Assembly (NCBI GenBank): GCA_001179505.1 | Contig: CDMY01000703.1 | Span: 1 to 28,924 of the forward strand | Source: Vitrella brassicaformis CCMP3155 | Lineage: Eukaryota; Protista; Chromerida | Length of the DNA: 28,924 nucleotides | Direction of reading: 5' to 3' | Part shown: in pieces, positions 21,458-28,924 of the stretch | Layout: each line of letters starts with the position of its first letter | Numbering within the stretch: position 1 is the first letter of the stretch | Notes under the pieces: model-generated | Seen by the model: only the letters and a program-made list of their open reading frames with translations | Database searches by the model: none | Told to the model about the DNA's origin: nothing | Position numbers and translations under genes: made by a program

Positions 21458-24110
21458 CAGAGACATTAATCATATAGACACGCTCCAGTCCATACGTGCA
21501 TGCGCAGGTGTGCGCACACAGACATTCATCATATCCATACGTGGATGCGCAGGTGTGCGCATGCAGACATTCATATACACACACTCCAAGTCCAAACGTG
21601 GATGCGCAGGTGTGCGCACATAGACATTCACTATATACACGCACTTCAAGTCGAAACGTGTATGTGCAGGGGTGCGCACAGAGACATTCATGAGATACCC
21701 ACACTACAAGTCGACACGTGCATGCGCAGGTGTGCGCACACAGACATTCATGATGATATACCCGCACTCCAAGTCCAAACGTGCATGCGCAGGTGTGCGC
21801 ACACAGACATTCATTATATACACGCACTTCAAGTCGACACGTGCATGCGCAGAGGTGCGCACACAGACATTCATCATATACACACACTTTTATTCTATAC
21901 ACACACTCCAAGTCCGCAGGGGTGCGCACACAGACATTCATCATATACACACACTCCCATATACACACACTCCAAGTCGACACGTGTATGCGCAGGGGTG
22001 CGCACACAGAGGTTCATTATGTATGCGCAGGGGTGCGCACACACACATTCATTATATACACACACACCAAGTCCGCAGAGGTGCGCACACAGACATTCCT
22101 CATATACACGCACTTCAAGTCGACACGTGCATGCGCAGAGGTGCGCACACAGAGGTTCATCATGTACACACACTCCAAGTCGACACGTGCATGCGCAGGG
22201 GTGCGCACACAGACGTTCATTATATACACACTCCAACTCCGCAGGGGTGCGCACACAGACATTAATTATATACACGCACTTCAAGTCGACACGTGCATGC
22301 GCAGGTGTGCGCACACAGAGGTTCATTATATATACACACACCAAGTCCACACGTGCATGCGCAGGGGTGCGTAAATAGACGTTCATCATATACACACACT
22401 CCAAGTCGACACGTGCATGCGCAGGGGTGCGCACACAGAGGTTCATGATGATATACACGCACTCCAAATCCAAACGTGCATGCGCACGTGCATGCGCAGG
22501 TGTGCGCACACAGACATTCATGATATAGACACACTCCAAGTTCAAACGTGCATGCGCAGCTGTGCGCATACAGACATTCATGACATAAACACACTTCAAG
22601 TCAATATAGACACACTTCAAGTCGACACGTGCATGCGCAGGTGTGCGCACACAGACATTCATTATATACACGCACTTCAAGTCGACACGTGCATGCGCAG
22701 AGGTGCGCACACAGACATTCATTACATACACCCCCTCCAACTCCAAGCGTGCATGCGCAGGTGTGCGCACAGTGACATTCATTACCGAAGGCTTCGGTTG
22801 CAATGGATCCCTTCCCAAGACGCAAACAAAGAGATGTGAGTCAAATACGAGTGTGTTTGAGGCACGTCTGACCTTCCCTGGTTTTAGTGTGGAGCAAATA
22901 CACACCAAGTCCACACATGCATGCCCAGGGGTGCGCACACAGACATTCATTATATACACACACACCAAGTCCAAACGTGCATGTGCAGGAATGCGCACAC
23001 ACCCTTCAAGTCGACACGTGCATGCGCAGGGGTGCGCACACACACGTTCATCATATACACACACTCCAAGTCGACAGGGCTGCGCACACACATATTCATT
23101 ACATACACACACACCAAGTCCACACATGCATGCCCAGGGGTGCGCACATAGACATTCATTATACACACACACACCAAGTCGACACGAGCATGCGCAGGCG
23201 TGCGCGCACACAGACATTCATTATATACATACACTCCAAGTCGACACGTGCATGCGCAGGGGTGCGCACACAGACATTCATTATATACACACACTCCAAG
23301 TCGACACGTGCATGCGCCGGGATGCGCAGGGGTGCGCATACATACATTCGTCATATACAAAAACACCCAGTCGACACGTGCATGCGCAGGGCTGTGCACA
23401 CACGCACCAACTCGACATGTGCATGCGCATTGATGCCTATACAAACATTCATTGTATACACACACTCCAGGTCGACACGTGCATGCGCAGGGGTGCGCAC
23501 ACAGACATTCCTTATACACACACACTGAGTCCAAACCTGCATGCGCAGGGGTGCGCACACACACGTTCATTATATACAAACACACCATTATATACAAATA
23601 CACACCAAGTCGACACGTGCATGCGCAGGGGTTCGCAGACAGACGTTCATTATATATACACAAACTCAGTCCAAACGTGCATGCGCAGGGGTGCGCACAC
23701 AGGCATTCATTATACACACACACTGAGTCCAAATTTGCATGCGCAGGGGTGCGCACACACACGTTCATTATATACAACACACCATTATATACAAATACAC
23801 ACCAAGTCGACACGTGCATGCGCAGGGGTGCGCAGACAGACATTCATCATATACATACACACACTCGCATGTGCAGGGGTGCGCAGGCACACGTTCATTA
23901 TATACATACACACCAAGTCGACACGTGCATGCGCAGGGGGGCTACAGACATTCATTATATACACACACTCCAAGTCGACACGTGCATGAGCATGGATGCG
24001 CACAAACACATTCATCATCTACACACACTCCAAGTCGACACGTGCATGCGCATGGGTGCGCACAGAGACATTTATTATATACACACACTCCAAGTCGACA
24101 CGTGCATGAG
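21458..24110 (+). repeat. Satellite array 2, block A (same 60-bp family)
   Basis: Same consensus as array 1, with CATTCATTAT and GCAGGGGTGC variants. Confidence 0.95.
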
Positions 24111-25671
24111 CTTGGATTCTGTGCATATAATGAACGTGTCTGTGGGCACCCCTGCGCATGCACGTGTCGACTTGGAGGGTGTGTATATCATGAATGTCTG
24201 TGTGCGCACCCCTGCGCATTCACGTCTCGACTTGGTGTGTACGTATATAATGAATGTCTATGTGCGCACCCCTGCGCATGCACGCGTCGACTTGGATTCT
24301 GTATGTATAATGAACGTATGTGTGGGCACCCCTGCGCCTGCACGTGTCGACTTGGTGTGTATGTGATGAATGTCTGTGTGCGTGTGCGCACCCCTGCGCA
24401 TTCACGTGTCGATTTGGAGTGTTTGTATATCATAAATGTCTGCGTGCGCACCCCTGCGCATGCACGTGTCGCATGCACGTGTCGACTTGGTGTGTATGTA
24501 TATGATGAATGTCTGTGTGCGGCACCCATGCGCATGCACGTGTCGACTTGGATTCTGTGTATATAATGAATGTGTATGTGCGCACCCCTGCGCATGCACG
24601 TGTCGACTTGGAGTGTGTATGTATATAATGAACGTGTGTCCGCACCCCTGCGCACGTACGCGTACTTGGAGTGTATGTATATGATGCATGTCTGTGTGCG
24701 CACCCTTGCGCATGCAAGCGTCGTCTTGGATTCTGTGCATATAATGAACGTGTCTGTGGTCACGCCTGCGCATGCACGTGTCGACTTGGAGTGTTCGTAT
24801 ATGATGAATGTCTGCGTGCGCACCCCTGCGCATGCACGTGTCGACTTGCTGTGTATGTTTATAATGAATGAATGTCGATGTGCGCACCCCTAAGCAAACA
24901 CGTGTCGACTTGCTGTGTATGTTTAAAATGAATGAATGTCTGTGTGCGGCACCCCTGCGCATGCACGTGTCGACTTGGATTCTGTGTATATAATGAACGT
25001 GTCTGTGGGCACGCTTGCGCATGCACGTGTCGACTTGGAGTGTTTGTATATCGTAAATGTCTGTGTGCGCACCCCTGCGCATGCACGCGTCGACTTGGAG
25101 TGTGTATGTATATAATGAACGTGTGTGTGCGCACCCCTGCACATGCACGCGTCGACTTGGTGTGTATATATATAATGCATGTCTGTGTGCGCACCCTTGC
25201 GCATGCAAGCGTCGACTTGGAGTGTATGTATATAATGAACGTGTCTGTGGGCACCCCTGCGCATGCACGTGTCGACTTGGAGGGTGTGTATATGATGAAT
25301 GTCTGTGTGCGCACACCTGCGCATTCACGTGTGGACTTGGAGTGTTTGCATATGATGAATGTCTGTGTGCGCGCCCCTGCGTATTCACGTGTCGACTTGG
25401 TGTGTATGTATATAATCATTCTCTCTCACGTGTCGACTTGGTGTGTATGTATATGATGAATGTCTATGTGCGCACCCCTGCGCATGCACGCGTCGACTTG
25501 GAGTGTGTGTATATGATGAACGTCTGTATGCGTGTGCGCACCCCTGCGCATTCGCGTGTCGATTTGGAGTGTTTGTATATCATAAATGTCTGTGCGCGCA
25601 CCCCTGCGCATGCACGTGTCGACTTGGTGTGTATGTATATAATGAATGTCTGTGTGCGGCACCCCTGCGCA
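24111..25671 (-). repeat. Satellite array 2, block B (inverted)
   Basis: Units read GTCGACTTGG...ATGAATGTC...GTGCGCACCCCTGCGCATGCACGT, the reverse complement of the consensus. Confidence 0.95.
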
Positions 25672-26032
25672 TGCGTAGGTGTGCACACAGGGATATTTAT
25701 AATGTACACCTACTCCAGGTCCATACGTGCATGCACAGGTGTGCGCACAGAGAATTTCATCATGTACACCTATTCCAGGTCCAAACGTGTATGCGCAGGT
25801 GGGCGCACAGAGACATTCATCACATACATACACTCTAGTCAACGCGTGTATGCGTAGGTGTGCTCACAGGGATATTCATGATGCACACCTACTCCAAGTC
25901 CATACGTGTATGCACAGGTGTGCGCACAGAGAAGTTCATCATGTACACCTACTCTAACTCCAATCGTGTATGCGCAGGTGGGCGCACAGAGCCATTCAAA
26001 ATATTCACACACTCCTAGTCGACACGTGTATG
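25672..26032 (+). repeat. Satellite array 2, block C (forward, diverged variant)
   Basis: About six units with TACACCTACTCCAGGTCCATACGTG-type variants. Confidence 0.9.
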
Positions 26033-26387
26033 TATATATATATATGCTCCCTTAGGGAGGGAGTTATATATGCTCTATTGAGCCTTCACGATGCGGTTAT
26101 TTCTGGACGAATCCGAAATGTCTTTTCGAATTACTGATGGAACACCAAGAGCTTTGCTTATATGCCGGTTTCTATAAAGCGCCTGTACAGCGGACCATTG
26201 CATACTCTGCAATACTCCATAAGCTTCGTTACAGGTTTTCTGACTAAACTCCATTGAATCTGCAAAAGACAATACTGTTGGAAGAATACGAGATGCGATG
26301 CGAATTGAATAGTTGTTGAGCAAATGAATTGTGACGTGATCAGACATTGAACTCCCATGTGTATGAAAAAAGAAAGTATATCACATC

Positions 26388-27616
26388 TCAACCCATACGC
26401 ATACCACACCGGCCCCCCTGCGTCGCCCTACTGTGTGCCCTCAGCGTTTTTGATGATGCGGACCAGCCCGTCTTCGTGTGCGAACCACAGGTCGGGAAGC
26501 TCCCCGTACCATTGCAGGAGGAACTCGGTCAGCTCGGGGAAGAGGCTGTTGACCCTCTCTAAGGTGGCTTGGCAGCTGATGATCTTGAGGCCGTTCTTGG
26601 CGTTCAGGGAGATTACGACGCGCTTCTCATCGGCGGCACCTGAGGCCAAGAAGGTGCGAATGGCGGCCAGCAGCTTGTCTTGCCCGGAGGCGATGCCGAC
26701 TGCGTACTGGTAAGGGCTGAGCTTCTCCATGGACTGCTCCCGGAGTTGGAAGCAGAGCGCACGGGTTATCCAGCGCCGCAGGATCTCCCCGATGGCGATC
26801 GGCTGTACCTCGCCTGTCAGATTGCCGTCCTCGTCCGTCTTCTCGAGGCCAATCAGCCGGGATATGCCCAGGAGAGGCCTGATGTGGTATGAGACGTTGG
26901 CCTGCACGACGTCTTCTACCAGGTTCGTCAGCGGCAAATAGTCGAAGGCCTCATGGATGCCCCTCAGGTGCTCGTATCGCCAGCCTGTCGGCCCCTGCGC
27001 CGACCCCTCCTATGCCGTCTTGAGTGCGGTCAGTAGGGGAGTAGGGTGCAGCTCCAGCGGAGGGCGGAGCTCGCCTGTCGGGGGGGGGGTGCGCGTGTGG
27101 TGTCCAGCGGTTGGCCGGGCGGGTGGAGGCCTTGGAGGATGTTGAGGGTGTTGTCGTTGTCGGGCGCCACCGGGGGGGAGGTCAGTGCCTCGACAGCACG
27201 CTTGCACTCTCCGGCGCGAGACGGCGGGCTCGCTTGGCCGCGGGGGCAGCTGCGGGGCGGTCTACGGAGTGTGCTCGTCGCTGTCACTCGAGAGCCTCAT
27301 CCCACAGCGTCTCCCAATCGCCCTCGTCAAAGAGCTGATACCGCCGACGCCAGACCCGCCCGACACCGCTATGCCGGCCTCCTCGCTTGAGCGAGAACAA
27401 GAGCAAGGTAGGGAGAATGCACAGCAGCGTGTAGGCAGGCACCAATAGCTCCTCGTCAGCGCATCTCACCGCGTTGGCGCGGGCGGCGCGAATAGCGAAC
27501 TCCCGACGGGCGACCCATTTGTTGATCGTGGGGATCTGCCCTTGCATGAATGGGCTGATGTCTCAAGTCGCGAGCTGGTGGAGGGCGGCCACAGGCAGGG
27601 GGTACCGGCTGCCGTT
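26388..27616 (-). mobile_element. Internal fragment of a second, distinct CRE-clade family (pre-RT region and N-terminal part of RT)
   Basis: LPTLLLFSLKRGGR...W..LW, GSAQGPTGWRYEHL, VQPIAIGEILRRW, PYQYAVG, LNAKN, GTQ*GDAGGP. It breaks before the YxDD-equivalent motif and carries stops at 27010-27012 and 26428-26430. Confidence 0.88.
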
Positions 27617-27916
27617 NNNNNNNNNNNNNNNNNNNNNNNNNNNNNNNNNNNNNNNNNNNNNNNNNNNNNNNNNNNNNNNNNNNNNNNNNNNNNNNNNNNN
27701 NNNNNNNNNNNNNNNNNNNNNNNNNNNNNNNNNNNNNNNNNNNNNNNNNNNNNNNNNNNNNNNNNNNNNNNNNNNNNNNNNNNNNNNNNNNNNNNNNNNN
27801 NNNNNNNNNNNNNNNNNNNNNNNNNNNNNNNNNNNNNNNNNNNNNNNNNNNNNNNNNNNNNNNNNNNNNNNNNNNNNNNNNNNNNNNNNNNNNNNNNNNN
27901 NNNNNNNNNNNNNNNN
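27617..27916. other. Assembly gap, 300 N
   Basis: Run of N. Confidence 1.
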
Positions 27917-28337
27917 CTGCGCCGACCCCTCCTATGCCGTCTTGAGTGCGGTCAGTAGGGGAGTAGGGTGCAGCTCCAGCGGAGGGCGGAGCTCGCCTGT
28001 CGGGGGGGGGGTTCGCGTGTGGTGTCCAGCGGTTGGCCGGGCGGGTGGAGGCCTTGGAGGATGCTGAGGGTGTTGTCGTTGTCGGGCGCCACCGGGGGGG
28101 AGGTCAGTGCCTCGACAGCACGCTTGCACTCTCCGGCGCGAGACGGCGGGCTCGCTTGGCCGCGGGGGCAGCTGCGGGGCGGTCTACCGAGTGTGCTCGT
28201 CGCTGTCACTCGACAGCCTCATCCCGCAGCGTCTCCCAATCGCCCTCGTCAAAGAGCTGATACCGCCGACGCCAGACCCGCCCGACACCGCTATGCCGGC
28301 CTCCTCGCTTGAGCGAGAACAAGAGCAAGGTAGGGAG
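27917..28337 (-). mobile_element. Second copy of CRE family-2 segment 26995-27415 (offset 922), interrupted by Copia
   Basis: Aligns with about 5 substitutions by manual count and shares the same premature stop. Confidence 0.88.
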
Positions 28338-28547
28338 AGTTGCGTAACGCAGTGGTCAAGCGAGATATCGGCTAACGCACACCAAGCACAGGAGCCTTCA
28401 CGGAACACGCAAGAGTCTTTTGCACGTGAAGCAGTGATCGCCCTAACGCTGATTGGGCGGATCTATGGACCATCGTAGGCCACGGGCCTACATGTGCTCC
28501 CTGTACAGGCGCCTCTGTCCAGCTGTGAGCGTATACATTCCGCAACA
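28338..28547 (-). repeat. 3' LTR of Copia copy 2 (210 bp); PPT complement at 28548-28556
   Basis: About 12 substitutions and 1 indel versus 19616-19826 by manual count; substitutions fall in the 5' half. Confidence 0.88.
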
Positions 28548-28924
28548 CCCCTCTTCGCACACAGCTCTAGGAATCACGGAGCTCTAGCTAAACCCTGACC
28601 CCCAAACCCAAAGTTTGGTTATGGGTGTGCGTTTCCCTGTTTTCCGATGTGTGCGTGTGCTGGTCAGGCGGAGGACGGCAACCGAGCCAACCCACCAATG
28701 AACGGTTCCATCTGGAAGCAGGAGCGGTGCCTCACGTGTACTCTCCCAACCGATGGGTCAGTCACACTACACAACACTGTGGGACTCTCTGCATCCCTAG
28801 TCCACCTTGCGCCTCTTTGTCCCATCACTCTTTGATGTCTGACGCTTTCTCTTCTGCCTCTCAGGCTCTGTCGTCAGCCCATCGCTGCTGAGAGTGATGG
28901 CGTCGGCTCCTCTCGTCACCATGC
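28338..28924 (-). mobile_element. 3' end (pol C-terminus, 3' UTR, PPT, LTR) of a second copy of the same Copia family; continues beyond the window
   Basis: Reverse complement of about 19240-19826. Encodes MVTRGADAITLSSDGLTTEPERQKRKRQTSKSDGTKRRKVD*, stop at 28797-28799. Confidence 0.93.

Noticed and set aside
7645-26032. Many long Cys/His-rich ORFs across the satellite arrays (for example 7645-8910, 21895-23217, 22643-23989)
   Set aside because: They are translations of a 60-bp (in-frame) repeat, open in several frames on both strands at once, with no splice or codon evidence.
26038-26072. Hairpin CTCCCT-T-AGGGAG after array 2 as a possible Helitron 3' end
   Set aside because: No downstream CTRR terminus and no matching 5' TC end; short and low-complexity.

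Overview
Repeat-dense window from an intron-rich eukaryote. The short GT-AG introns with gtgagt/gtgcgt donors and the composition resemble a protist such as a chromerid alveolate; that assignment is inference only. The window contains five fixed-size 300-N gaps. In order: (i) a near full-length but disrupted CRE-clade non-LTR retrotransposon (RT, CCHC finger, restriction-like endonuclease) on the minus strand, with its 3' end duplicated across a gap; (ii) an 11-intron Cys-rich gene of unknown function; (iii) a 3.7-kb array of a 60-bp palindrome-rich satellite; (iv) degenerate AT-richer DNA; (v) a 5'-truncated Ty1/Copia element with an unusual ~73-aa Cys/His insertion between RT and RNase H, a basic C-terminal tail and a 211-bp LTR ending TG...CT; (vi) a small secreted 6-Cys peptide ORF and a TRP-like channel gene remnant; (vii) a 4.6-kb array of the same satellite with two polarity switches; (viii) fragments of a second CRE family, into which a second copy of the Copia family has inserted. 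No rRNA, tRNA or CRISPR array was seen.
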